A DNA stretch of 64,000 nt from the NCBI GenBank assembly GCA_903885595.1, contig CAISJJ010000129.1:424-64423 (forward strand). The letters run 5' to 3'. The translations under genes were made by a program, and so were the position numbers. The notes under the pieces were generated by a model, which was not told the DNA's origin, did not search any database, and saw only the letters and a list, made by a program, of their open reading frames with translations. Below are positions 9,759-19,229 of the stretch, piece by piece (positions within the stretch are counted from its first letter, which is position 1; each line of letters starts with the position of its first letter). This stretch comes from an uncultured Bacteroidales bacterium. GTDB taxonomy: Bacteria; Bacteroidota; Bacteroidia; Bacteroidales; FEN-979.

Positions 9759-11144
9759 ATGAAGATCAGAACAGTTTTTATGTTTGTGGTTTTTTCCTTT
9801 ATCATAGGATCCGCACAGCCACAGCAGCTTGTATTTAAATCACATGGAAAGGTTAATTATCCTTTAACACCTCAGGAAGAGACGATGTTTGATACAATTC
9901 AGCGTGAAACGTTTCTTTTCTTTTTAAAAGAACATCAGCCTGAAAAGGGTATTGTAAAGGACCGTACCGCAAAATGGGCTCCTGCCAGTATCGCATCAAC
10001 AGGTTTCGGCATTCCCTCATTCGCCGTCGGCGTTGAAAGAAATTGGATATCTCGTGAAAAAGCGGCACAGATTACACTTAATATTCTTAAATTCTTTGCA
10101 AATTCAGTTCAAAGTACTGATACAAATGCAACGGGATACAAAGGATTCTACTATCATTTCCTTAAAATGAATTCCGGCACCCGCGAATGGAAATGCGAAC
10201 TTTCATCAATTGATACCGGCATTCTGTTAATGGGTATCATTTTTGCCCGTAATTATTACAACCTGGACAATGATGTTGAAAAACAGATCCGTTCACTGGC
10301 AGCATTCATCCTTGGCCGGGTTGAATGGAATTTCATGTTATTGCCGGCGTCAAGTAAATACGCCTACACGATTTCCATGGCCTGGTCTCCAGAAAAAGGA
10401 TTGCAGGATTATGGATGGTGTGGCTATAATGAGGCGCTCTTCCTATATGTGTTAGCGGCTGGGAGTGGAATGGAAAATGCTGAACAAAGTTACAAAGCCT
10501 GGCTATCCACATATAAATGGAATACGCCGTACAAAGGACTCTCACATGTGGCATTCCCCCCTCTGTTCGGTCATCAGTTTTCCCAGGCATTTATCGATTA
10601 TCGCGGTATCGTTGATGAATATATGAAAGATAAAGGAATTGATTATTTTGAAAACTCCCGCCGTGCTACCTATGTTCAGCGTCAATATGCCATAGATAAT
10701 CCCAAAGGTTGGATTGGTTATGATTCGCTTTGCTGGGGAGTTACAGCCAGTGACGGACCCGGGGATAAATATAATTTTGGAGATAAAAAGTTTTTGGGTT
10801 ATGCCGGAAGGGGAACGAGCGGACCTGATTACAATTATTTTGACGATGGAACCATTGCACCTTACGGGCCGCTTTCATCACTGCCATTTGCACCTGAAAT
10901 AGTTCTGCCGACCATTAAATCAATCAATCAGAAGTATGGTAAGCATTTATGGGGTAAATATGGCTATTATGATTCTTTCAACCCTACAGCCAAATGGTTT
11001 AATGACGATTTTATCGGTATCGACGAAGGCCCGATGCTGATCATGATCGAGAATTTCAGAACAGGATTTGTCTGGAATTATATGATGAAGGATCCGATAA
11101 TCCAGAAAGGGTTAAACAAACTAGGATATGAATCCTTAAACTAG
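9759..11144 (+). CDS. GH144 / glycoamylase-family protein (putative endo-beta-1,2-glucanase)
   Basis: Signal peptide; ASIASTGFG, ELSSIDTGILL, GYNEA, PPLFGHQFSQAFID, WGVTASDGP, DDGTIAP, GKYGYYDSFN and GIDEGP motifs. Confidence 0.85.
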   Translation: MKIRTVFMFVVFSFIIGSAQPQQLVFKSHGKVNYPLTPQEETMFDTIQRETFLFFLKEHQPEKGIVKDRTAKWAPASIASTGFGIPSFAVGVERNWISREKAAQITLNILKFFANSVQSTDTNATGYKGFYYHFLKMNSGTREWKCELSSIDTGILLMGIIFARNYYNLDNDVEKQIRSLAAFILGRVEWNFMLLPASSKYAYTISMAWSPEKGLQDYGWCGYNEALFLYVLAAGSGMENAEQSYKAWLSTYKWNTPYKGLSHVAFPPLFGHQFSQAFIDYRGIVDEYMKDKGIDYFENSRRATYVQRQYAIDNPKGWIGYDSLCWGVTASDGPGDKYNFGDKKFLGYAGRGTSGPDYNYFDDGTIAPYGPLSSLPFAPEIVLPTIKSINQKYGKHLWGKYGYYDSFNPTAKWFNDDFIGIDEGPMLIMIENFRTGFVWNYMMKDPIIQKGLNKLGYESLN

Positions 11145-11167
11145 GATTTATGGTCTGTAACGCCGGG

Positions 11168-11290
11168 GCAGATGCCGGAAAAAGTTCCCGCAGATTAAAC
11201 TGAAAAACTGCAGATGAGCGCAGAATCATTCATTGATCAAGCTTTATTTTGCGCAATCTGCGGGAAAATTCTCCGCAAATCCGGGAGAAA
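11168..11290. repeat. Inverted-repeat element (GCAGAT family)
   Basis: Perfect 12-bp inverted repeat TTCCCGCAGATT (11185-11196) / AATCTGCGGGAA (11255-11266), plus extra imperfect GCAGAT copies. Confidence 0.8.
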
Positions 11291-11339
11291 TAATAAGGTG
11301 ACTAATACAAAATTTCATATAGTTATATAGCAGTCCACA

Positions 11340-14300
11340 ATGAAAAATCTGATTAAAATGAGGATCATACCATTGATCATGATGATTCTTGCAGCCACAA
11401 TTATCCAGGCACAAACTAAAACCCTTGACGAATTTGAAAACAAAAACGGCTGGGCTTTCATCCGGTCCGATGGTGTTAACCTCAACTTATCCACGGAAAA
11501 AGGATTAACCGGTAATGCGATCCGTTTCGATTATGATTTCACCAAAGGCACCGGTTACGGCGGAATACAGAAGCTATTTCCAATTGATCTCCCCGATAAT
11601 TATGAATTCACCTTTTATGTTAAAGCCGAATCACCTTCCAATAATTTTGAAATAAAATTTATTGACAGCACAGGAAACAATGTTTGGTGGATCAGCAACC
11701 GCAACTATGATTTTCCTTCGGAATGGAAAAAGATCCGGATAAAGAAAAGGCATATCAATTTTGCCTGGGGACCAACGGCTGATCAAAATTTAAAGCGGAT
11801 CGACAGGATTGAATTCACCATTGCATCATTTGTCGGAGGGAAAGGTACCATCTGGCTTGATGATTTGAAATTTGAAGCGCTTCCTCCCGAAGCACAATCA
11901 TATCCCATACCATCCGTCACAGCTTCGTCATCGGTGAAAAACCATTCACCCAACTTAATTATTGATCATTCAGGTGATACGTTTTGGCAGAGCAAAGGGA
12001 TTAAAGATCAGTATGTTGTGATTGATTTTAGGACCCGCCGCGAATTTGGCGGTTTACAGATCAACTGGCTGAAAGATCATTTCGCCGGAAGTTTCGACGT
12101 GCTGTTATCGGAGGATGGTAAGAATTGGGAAAAAGCATATTCGGTCGGATCAAACCGGAGTGATATCAGTTTTATCAGGCTGCCCGAAGCAGAGGCAGCC
12201 TATGTTAAGATAGATCTGAAATATTGCAATTCTGATAAAGGATTCGGTATCTGCGAGGTGAATTTCCTGGATATTAAAAATTCTTTAACGCTGAATGATT
12301 TCCTGATTTACGCTGCGAAAAATTCGCCCGCAGGAAATTATCCGAGATACTTTTCAGAACAAGCATCCTATTGGACCATCACGGGTGTCAACAATGACGT
12401 CAAAGAAGCGCTGATCAATGAAGACGGCATGGTGGAGGTAGATAAAGCCCAATTTTCGGTTGAGCCGATGATAAAGATGGGTGATTCACTTTTTAACTGG
12501 AGCAATGTCAAGGCCGTTCAATCGATGGGATATTCCAACGGTAAAAAGGAATTTGAGTTTGTACCGACTGTTACCTGGCAATGCAACGGTCTGAAATTTG
12601 AAACCGGGGTGACGGCATACGGAGAGGCGAATAAAAATTCCAGGCTTGATATAAGCTATTCTTTTGCAAATCAATCAAATCAGCCAAAGGATTTTGAGCT
12701 TTATCTGTTGATCCGTCCGTACCAGGTTAATCCATACTACCAGTTTCTCAATCTTGCCGGCGGTGTCGGAAAAATATACTCAATTAAAGAAGAGGGTGGA
12801 ATCATAGAGGCCGATAATAAAACGATCCTGTCTCTGAAAAAATATGATTCCTTTGGGGCAGGTGTTTTTGATGAGGGAAATATCGTTGGGCTTCTGCGGA
12901 GCGGAAATGTTCCTCAAAGCACTACTGCTGTTGATAAAAGCGGGCTTGCAAACGGCATAATCAAATATTCATTTCACCTGAATCCCGGGGAACAAACCAA
13001 ATTCTATGTGGTGGTTCCGTTTTACGGGAAACAATCAATTGATAAAAAGCTCAGCAATGCGTCTGTTTCAGAAGAGGCCGGGAAGTCGACTGAATTCTGG
13101 AAAACGAAAGTCGGGCATGTTACATTCAGGTTACCTGCATCAGGCGACAGGATTGTAAACACCTACAGGTCAAATCTTGCGTATATATTGATCAACAGGG
13201 ATCTTGTAGGCGTTCAGCCCGGTTCGCGTTCGTATGAGCGGAGCTGGATGCGCGACGGCGCGCTGACTTCCTCGGCCCTGTTGAAATCAGGCATCGTGCA
13301 GGAGGTGAAAGACTTTATTGACTGGTATGCCGGTCATCAGTATGAAAACGGTAAAGTTCCCTGCGTGGTCGATCACAGGGGGCCCGATCCGGTTCCCGAA
13401 CATGACAGCCATGGTGAACTGATTTATCTGATCCGCGAATATTTCAACTTTACAAAGGATACAACTTTCCTCAGGTCAAAGAACAAAAATGTATTGCAGG
13501 CAGTTACATATATCGAATCGCTGATTGCCGAGCGGTCAACGGATCATTTCAAATACGGGAACGACAGCGTGCGTGCCTACTACGGACTTGTTCCGGAATC
13601 GATCAGTCACGAAGGATATTCCGCAAAACCGATGCACTCATACTGGGATGATTTCTTTGTCATGAAAGGGTTAAAAGATGCAACGGAGATTCAGCAAATA
13701 CTCGGAGTGAAAGAATCGTATGAAAGGCTGAAAAAAGTCCGCGATACATTTAAGGAAAATCTTTACAACTCCTTGAATCTCGCAATGAAAACGCGGAAAA
13801 TCAATTATATCCCCGGCTGTGTGGAACTTGGTGATTTTGATGCAACCTCAACAACAATCGCGTTAACTCCCTGCAACGAACTCAACAACCTGCCAAAACC
13901 GCAGGTTTATAACACCTTTGACAAATACTATGAATTTTTCAAAAACCGGAGAGACGGAAAACTCAACTGGATCAATTACACACCCTATGAAAACCGTTTA
14001 ATTGGTTCGTTCATCATTTTAGATCAGCCAGAAAGAGCCCATGAATTAATTGAATTTTTCCTGAATGATCAGCGTCCGCAGGGATGGAATCACTGGGCTG
14101 AAGTTGTATGGAAAGGATACCGTTTCCCGGGTTATATCGGGGATATGCCGCACACGTGGGTTGGCAGCGATTTTATCAATGCCATCAGGGCCATGTTTGT
14201 TTATGAAAACGAGTCTGATCAATCGCTTGTTCTGGCATCAGCCCTATACCAGGATTGGATCGATTCGCCGGATGGAATGTTGGTTGGAAACCTGCCGACC

Positions 14301-14522
14301 TATTATGGAGAGATCTCCTACACAATAAAAAAAGACAACAATAAATATCTCTTTTCAATTTCCGGTGATCTGAAACTTCCTGCAAACGGAATCAAGATCA
14401 AAAACTTCAACGGGTCAAAACTTCCATCAAAAGTTGTAGTAAATGGAGTTGAAAGCAAAGAGTTCAACGAAAAGGAAATATCGGTGAACACAGTACCTGC
14501 AGAGGTTGTGATTTATTATTAA
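11340..14522 (+). CDS. Secreted multidomain protein: CBM11/CIA30-like + F5/8 type C (discoidin) + putative (alpha/alpha)6 glycoside hydrolase
   Basis: Signal peptide (the start may be the second Met at 11358); GTIWLDDLKF; discoidin SVTASS...FWQS...VIDF...LLSEDGKNW; C-terminal SYERSWMRDGA, EHDSHGE, SHEGYSAKPMHSYWDDF and GDMPHTW. Confidence 0.75.
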   Translation: MKNLIKMRIIPLIMMILAATIIQAQTKTLDEFENKNGWAFIRSDGVNLNLSTEKGLTGNAIRFDYDFTKGTGYGGIQKLFPIDLPDNYEFTFYVKAESPSNNFEIKFIDSTGNNVWWISNRNYDFPSEWKKIRIKKRHINFAWGPTADQNLKRIDRIEFTIASFVGGKGTIWLDDLKFEALPPEAQSYPIPSVTASSSVKNHSPNLIIDHSGDTFWQSKGIKDQYVVIDFRTRREFGGLQINWLKDHFAGSFDVLLSEDGKNWEKAYSVGSNRSDISFIRLPEAEAAYVKIDLKYCNSDKGFGICEVNFLDIKNSLTLNDFLIYAAKNSPAGNYPRYFSEQASYWTITGVNNDVKEALINEDGMVEVDKAQFSVEPMIKMGDSLFNWSNVKAVQSMGYSNGKKEFEFVPTVTWQCNGLKFETGVTAYGEANKNSRLDISYSFANQSNQPKDFELYLLIRPYQVNPYYQFLNLAGGVGKIYSIKEEGGIIEADNKTILSLKKYDSFGAGVFDEGNIVGLLRSGNVPQSTTAVDKSGLANGIIKYSFHLNPGEQTKFYVVVPFYGKQSIDKKLSNASVSEEAGKSTEFWKTKVGHVTFRLPASGDRIVNTYRSNLAYILINRDLVGVQPGSRSYERSWMRDGALTSSALLKSGIVQEVKDFIDWYAGHQYENGKVPCVVDHRGPDPVPEHDSHGELIYLIREYFNFTKDTTFLRSKNKNVLQAVTYIESLIAERSTDHFKYGNDSVRAYYGLVPESISHEGYSAKPMHSYWDDFFVMKGLKDATEIQQILGVKESYERLKKVRDTFKENLYNSLNLAMKTRKINYIPGCVELGDFDATSTTIALTPCNELNNLPKPQVYNTFDKYYEFFKNRRDGKLNWINYTPYENRLIGSFIILDQPERAHELIEFFLNDQRPQGWNHWAEVVWKGYRFPGYIGDMPHTWVGSDFINAIRAMFVYENESDQSLVLASALYQDWIDSPDGMLVGNLPTYYGEISYTIKKDNNKYLFSISGDLKLPANGIKIKNFNGSKLPSKVVVNGVESKEFNEKEISVNTVPAEVVIYY

Positions 14523-14544
14523 CCAAAAGAATCAACAGGGATTT

Positions 14545-16617
14545 ATGAAAGAACAAGAAATTAGCCCGGACCACGCAACAAAACCTGAAGACCGGATTCG
14601 CTTTTCACAATTAGCCGCATATGGCGCCGGCGGGATAATCCCCATTGCCCTTTTCAACATTGCCGGAATCCTCGTTGGTTTGATGGGCAACATAAGTTTG
14701 GGACTGAGCGCATTCTGGCTTGGGGCAATTTTAATCGTCCCCCGTTTATGGGATGCCCTTTCTGATCCTTTTATCGGGCACCTGTCTGATAATACCCGGA
14801 CCCGCTGGGGACGCCGGCGTCCCTATCTGCTGATCGGCGGGATACTCGTCGCAGTGTTTTTTGTGGTCATCTGGTGGATTCCGAAGGGGGATATGGTGCG
14901 AACGTGGTTCCCGTCGGATACGGGGTTCCAATGGTTCCAGCTTGGCTATATCCTTTTTTCCCTTTTGCTGTTTTTTACTGCCGTCAATCTTTTCGAGATC
15001 CCTCACGGTGCCCTCGGCATGGAGATGACCACCGATTACCACGAACGCACCCGGCTGTTCAGCGCCAAGAGTTTTGTAGGCAATCTTTTTGCCATGGGCA
15101 CGCCCTGGCTTTTTGCCCTCGCCAGCATGGAAATTTTCAAAGGTCCCGGAGGAAATGAAGCCGATGGCATGCGTTACGTTTCATTGATGATCGCTGCTGT
15201 TCTGATCCCGCTTTCCTTCTGGTGGTTTTTCAAATTACGTGAACCGGGATTTGTAAAAGCTGCAAAGCATGAAAAAACACCCTTCTGGCAAGACATGAAA
15301 CATACCACCGGCAACCGGAACTTTATCATGCTGACACTGACGATCTTCACGCTGGCCATGGGCTTTAATTTCGTCCAGCTGATAGGGTCATATATCCCTA
15401 TTTTTTATGTTTTCGGGGGAGATAAGGTTGCCGGAGCTTACCTGCTCGCGATCAACGGGATGATCTGGGCCATCACCGGGGTACTGGCAGTATTTCCTCT
15501 TAACTGGATCAGCCCGAGGCTGGGTAAAAGAAATACGCTGACCATTGCTATTTTACTCATGTGCCTTGCACAACTGTCTAAAATTGTATGCTATAACCCT
15601 TCATATCCCTACCTGATCATCATCCCCACGGTGCTGCTTTCTGCCGGAATGCTGTTTTTCTTCACCCTGGGATCCTCCATGGTGGGCGATATCTGTGATG
15701 AAGATGAATTAAAGACAGGGTATCGTTCAGAGGGAAGTTATTACTCGGTATTCTGGTGGTTCATTAAAATGGGATCTGCCCTGGCCAGCTTTGTAACTGG
15801 CGTGTTGATCGTATTTACCATGTTCGATGAAACCCAGGTCACCAAGGTCGATAAGATACAGGGAAGCGTCAGGGAGATGCGAAGCATCGTTCAGTACTGG
15901 AAGGGATACCAGGGGCTCGGCAGCACCAATAAAGAGTGGCTGGAAAACACTAAAACCAAGACAGCCGAAGCGCTAACGGAATCAAAAGAATATATTACCT
16001 ATTTAGGCAAAGAATCCCTGAAAGAGCCTGATAAGGCGAATCAGATCCTGACCTCCTATCCGGATCAGCGGAAAAACATGCTTTCAAATGCACTTCTCAA
16101 AACACAGGTAACAGTCAATGAACTGGAACAGGTTCAATCGCTTCTGGCAAACCTGGTGCCCGGGACTCAGGACTCCCTGATGAATGCCGCCGTTGCAAAA
16201 GCAATCCCACTGACGCTGGAAACAAAACTTGTAAAAGCCAGGATGTATTCTTTTGAGCTCAGGTCGCACCTGGAAGCCAAATCACAGGAAACGAAAAACA
16301 GCAGGGAACACTATGATGTCATCATGCAGGAAATTTCCGGGGTAGACAGCCGGCTTGCCGTCATGAACACTGCATCATCCATGGTTTTGCTGGATAATGA
16401 ACTCGGCGCCATTGAAAGCAGAATCGTACCACTCACTCAGCAAACCCCGTATACACTTTTAATGATGCGTGTGGTTGAGATTGGATTGCCCCTGCTGTTG
16501 AGCCTCTTTTCAATCTTCTTTGTTATGAAGTACTCACTGACGGAGAAACGGAGTCACGAGATTAAGGATTTGCTCAGGGAAAGAAACGTGACGCGTGACG
16601 AAAATCGTGACACGTGA
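14545..16617 (+). CDS. MFS sugar transporter (GPH/MelB family) with a large loop insertion
   Basis: RLWDALSDPFIGHLSDNTRTRWGRRRPY, EMTTDYHERT and SMVGDICDEDEL..G.RSEGSY motifs; about 200 hydrophilic residues lie between the last two TM helices. Confidence 0.88.
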   Translation: MKEQEISPDHATKPEDRIRFSQLAAYGAGGIIPIALFNIAGILVGLMGNISLGLSAFWLGAILIVPRLWDALSDPFIGHLSDNTRTRWGRRRPYLLIGGILVAVFFVVIWWIPKGDMVRTWFPSDTGFQWFQLGYILFSLLLFFTAVNLFEIPHGALGMEMTTDYHERTRLFSAKSFVGNLFAMGTPWLFALASMEIFKGPGGNEADGMRYVSLMIAAVLIPLSFWWFFKLREPGFVKAAKHEKTPFWQDMKHTTGNRNFIMLTLTIFTLAMGFNFVQLIGSYIPIFYVFGGDKVAGAYLLAINGMIWAITGVLAVFPLNWISPRLGKRNTLTIAILLMCLAQLSKIVCYNPSYPYLIIIPTVLLSAGMLFFFTLGSSMVGDICDEDELKTGYRSEGSYYSVFWWFIKMGSALASFVTGVLIVFTMFDETQVTKVDKIQGSVREMRSIVQYWKGYQGLGSTNKEWLENTKTKTAEALTESKEYITYLGKESLKEPDKANQILTSYPDQRKNMLSNALLKTQVTVNELEQVQSLLANLVPGTQDSLMNAAVAKAIPLTLETKLVKARMYSFELRSHLEAKSQETKNSREHYDVIMQEISGVDSRLAVMNTASSMVLLDNELGAIESRIVPLTQQTPYTLLMMRVVEIGLPLLLSLFSIFFVMKYSLTEKRSHEIKDLLRERNVTRDENRDT

Positions 16618-16661
16618 CAAAAAACGTGACGCGTGACGCGTGACAAAAAAACAAGTGACAA
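16587..16661 (+). repeat. CGTGACR heptamer array spanning the MFS stop and ending at the GH35 start
   Basis: CGTGACG x2, CGTGACA x2, CGTGACG x2, CGTGACA, then AGTGACA immediately before ATG 16662. Confidence 0.9.
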
Positions 16662-19094
16662 ATGAAATTCAGGATTAAAGAAAATAGTTTTTATCTTGAC
16701 GACAGGAAGGTTTTTCTCAATTCGGGGGAGATTCATTATTTCAGGATAAAGCGCGAACTTTGGGACAGGCACCTGGATGCAGCCAGGGAGGCCGGTTTGA
16801 CGACTGTCAGCACCTATGTTCCATGGGCATGGCACGAACCGGAGGAATCTGTTTTTGATTTTGACGGTATATCATGTCCCGAACGCGACCTGGAGGGCTG
16901 GCTTCAGCGTTGCCAGGCCCATGGGTTGAACTGCATTATAAAGCCAGGCCCGTTTATCCTGGCTGAGTTCCGGGGAGCCGGTTTGCCTGACTGGTTTATG
17001 GATCAGTATCACGACGAAGTCAGGATGCGCAGCAGCAAAGGTGAGATCGTTCCGGGTGACGGCGTCAGCCTGTTCAATCAAAAATACCTGGAAAAGGTAA
17101 CCTTGTGGTACGATCAGATCATGCCCTTTATCAGTGAACGGGAAATATCAGCCGGTGGTCCCGTCATCATGATGCAGATATGCAATGAGATCGGCGTATT
17201 TTCGTGGCTGGCCAGGCAGGCTGACTATGGCAATGAGGTGAAGGATCGTTTTGTTTCTTACTTATCCCGAAAATTCACAGCCATTTCTGAAGTGAATCGT
17301 TTATGGGGAACAGGTTACCCGGACTTTACACATGTCGAACTTCCTCCCGACGGTAAGCTTCCTTATGTATCCAGGGGTGATCGTGGCCGCGATTACGAAT
17401 GGCACTGTTTCTGGAGAACCTATTACGGCGACTACCTGAGAATGCTGACCGCCATGGCACGTGAAAGAGGCGTGACAGTTCCTTTGTATCACAACCTTCC
17501 TGGCTGGATCTATGGAAACGGCTATGAATTCCCGGTCAACATCACCATGTATGAAGATCTTTTTGGCGATAAGAGCGAGATCATGTTCGGCGTTGATCAT
17601 ATACCGGAATTCATGTCATACCGTAACCTGCACGACGACCGGATCATCAACGACATCACCTTTGCCATGCAGGGGAAGAAACCCCTGTTTGCCGCCGAAT
17701 TCCAGTGCGGTTCCCGTGAATATCACGTGGTGACGAATCCGCGGGAGATGGAACTCTTTTACAAGGCAAGCATTGCCAACGGCCTGGTTGGCTGGAATTA
17801 CTACATGTTCTCACAGGGGCGCAACCCAAGCCGAAAAGGCTATTCGGGGGAGACTTTTTACTGGTTCAACCCGCTTACACCGGAAGGGGAGCGCACCAGC
17901 GCCTTCCCGCTGGTGAAACGGATGAATAAAATTGTAAAAACCTCCGAAACACTTATCGTTAATGCAAAACGGAAAGCTGAAATTTGTGTTCTTTTTTATC
18001 CGCCATATTATGCAACGGAGCTGGAAAGACCGGTTGACGGGGTAATTGAGCTGATGTTCACCGCTTCCGCCATCCGCAGGCCGGCCTATTTCGACGGATT
18101 GCTGAAAGCGCTCCAGGTGCTGAATGTTGATTACGACATGATCGACCTGAGCAAAGCTTCTGCGGATACATTGCATGGATACAAACAGGTGTGGGCATTC
18201 AGCACAGATGAAATGAATGCGGGGGATCAGCAGACCATGGTTGATTATACCAAAGCCGGGGGCAATTGTGTCCTTTTCCCTTATCTTCCTGATCGGGAAA
18301 TGTCGCAGAAACCATGCACCATCATTCGCGATGCCTTGTCCGTATCACCATCCGGGAGAGAAATCATTGATTCTCCGCTGGTCGATATCTATGATCTGAA
18401 AGAGATCAAGTGCGCCAATCCGCTGATCACCTATTCAGAAGAATCACTCTCCGGTGCAGAAATCATTGCCCGGACGCTTCATGGCACTCCATGTGGATTC
18501 ACCAAAGTTCTCGGACTCGGAACGGTGATCCACCTCGGAACCTGGATCGGGTTCGACACCGAGGGACATAAACCGGTATATGAGGCAATCCTGGAAAGAT
18601 CAGATGCAAAACTCAGGCAGGCATCAGTCAGCAATGATTTTATCGCGGTCAGGGAACGTTTCACGGATGACAATACCGCAATGCTTTTCGTTGGGAATTA
18701 TTACAACGAAGAACAAACCGGCAAAGTAACCTATACGCATCCGGAAACCGGCGAAACAATATCAATGCCTTACACCCGGGATGAAATTTTATGGCCGGCA
18801 CTTTACGGTTTATTAACTCCGGTTTGCCTGGAAGTTTCTGACGGGTTTAAGATCCTTCACAGCACCTCCGACATTCTCGGGATTGCACGGGTTGACGGTC
18901 AAATAGAGATAACCCTTCACGGAGACCGTGACCTGGCCGGGGAGATTGTTTTTGAAGGTGTAAAAGTTGATAGAATTGAATCCGCAACATTAAATGGCGA
19001 AAATGTAAAAATGGTTCGTGATGGCAAACGGGTTGCATTTGTTTACAATCATCTGCATATGGTGGAAATGATTCTGACTATCAGAATAGAATAG
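16662..19094 (+). CDS. GH35 family glycosidase/transglucosylase (GlmA-like architecture), cytoplasmic
   Basis: SGEIHYFR, TYVPWAWHEP, KPGPFILAE, MQICNE (acid/base) and AAEFQCG (nucleophile) motifs; GH42-like insertion; no signal peptide. Confidence 0.85.
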   Translation: MKFRIKENSFYLDDRKVFLNSGEIHYFRIKRELWDRHLDAAREAGLTTVSTYVPWAWHEPEESVFDFDGISCPERDLEGWLQRCQAHGLNCIIKPGPFILAEFRGAGLPDWFMDQYHDEVRMRSSKGEIVPGDGVSLFNQKYLEKVTLWYDQIMPFISEREISAGGPVIMMQICNEIGVFSWLARQADYGNEVKDRFVSYLSRKFTAISEVNRLWGTGYPDFTHVELPPDGKLPYVSRGDRGRDYEWHCFWRTYYGDYLRMLTAMARERGVTVPLYHNLPGWIYGNGYEFPVNITMYEDLFGDKSEIMFGVDHIPEFMSYRNLHDDRIINDITFAMQGKKPLFAAEFQCGSREYHVVTNPREMELFYKASIANGLVGWNYYMFSQGRNPSRKGYSGETFYWFNPLTPEGERTSAFPLVKRMNKIVKTSETLIVNAKRKAEICVLFYPPYYATELERPVDGVIELMFTASAIRRPAYFDGLLKALQVLNVDYDMIDLSKASADTLHGYKQVWAFSTDEMNAGDQQTMVDYTKAGGNCVLFPYLPDREMSQKPCTIIRDALSVSPSGREIIDSPLVDIYDLKEIKCANPLITYSEESLSGAEIIARTLHGTPCGFTKVLGLGTVIHLGTWIGFDTEGHKPVYEAILERSDAKLRQASVSNDFIAVRERFTDDNTAMLFVGNYYNEEQTGKVTYTHPETGETISMPYTRDEILWPALYGLLTPVCLEVSDGFKILHSTSDILGIARVDGQIEITLHGDRDLAGEIVFEGVKVDRIESATLNGENVKMVRDGKRVAFVYNHLHMVEMILTIRIE

Positions 19095-19119
19095 GTTTTT
19101 ACAAAATACAGAAAACAAT

Positions 19120-19220
19120 AACCGCAAAGGGCGCACAGAATCACAAAAAGAACACGAAGTAATAATCAGGGTGTTCTCCTCTGCGAACTCCGCGATAATC
19201 TCCGCGACCTCTGCGTTAAA
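19120..19220. repeat. Degenerate inverted element (CGCAGAG/CTCTGCG family)
   Basis: ACCGCAAAGGGCGCACAG...GAACAC on the left; GTGTTC..CTCTGCG..CTCCGCG..CTCCGCG..CTCTGCGTT on the right. Confidence 0.6.
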
Positions 19221-19229
19221 ATATATATC

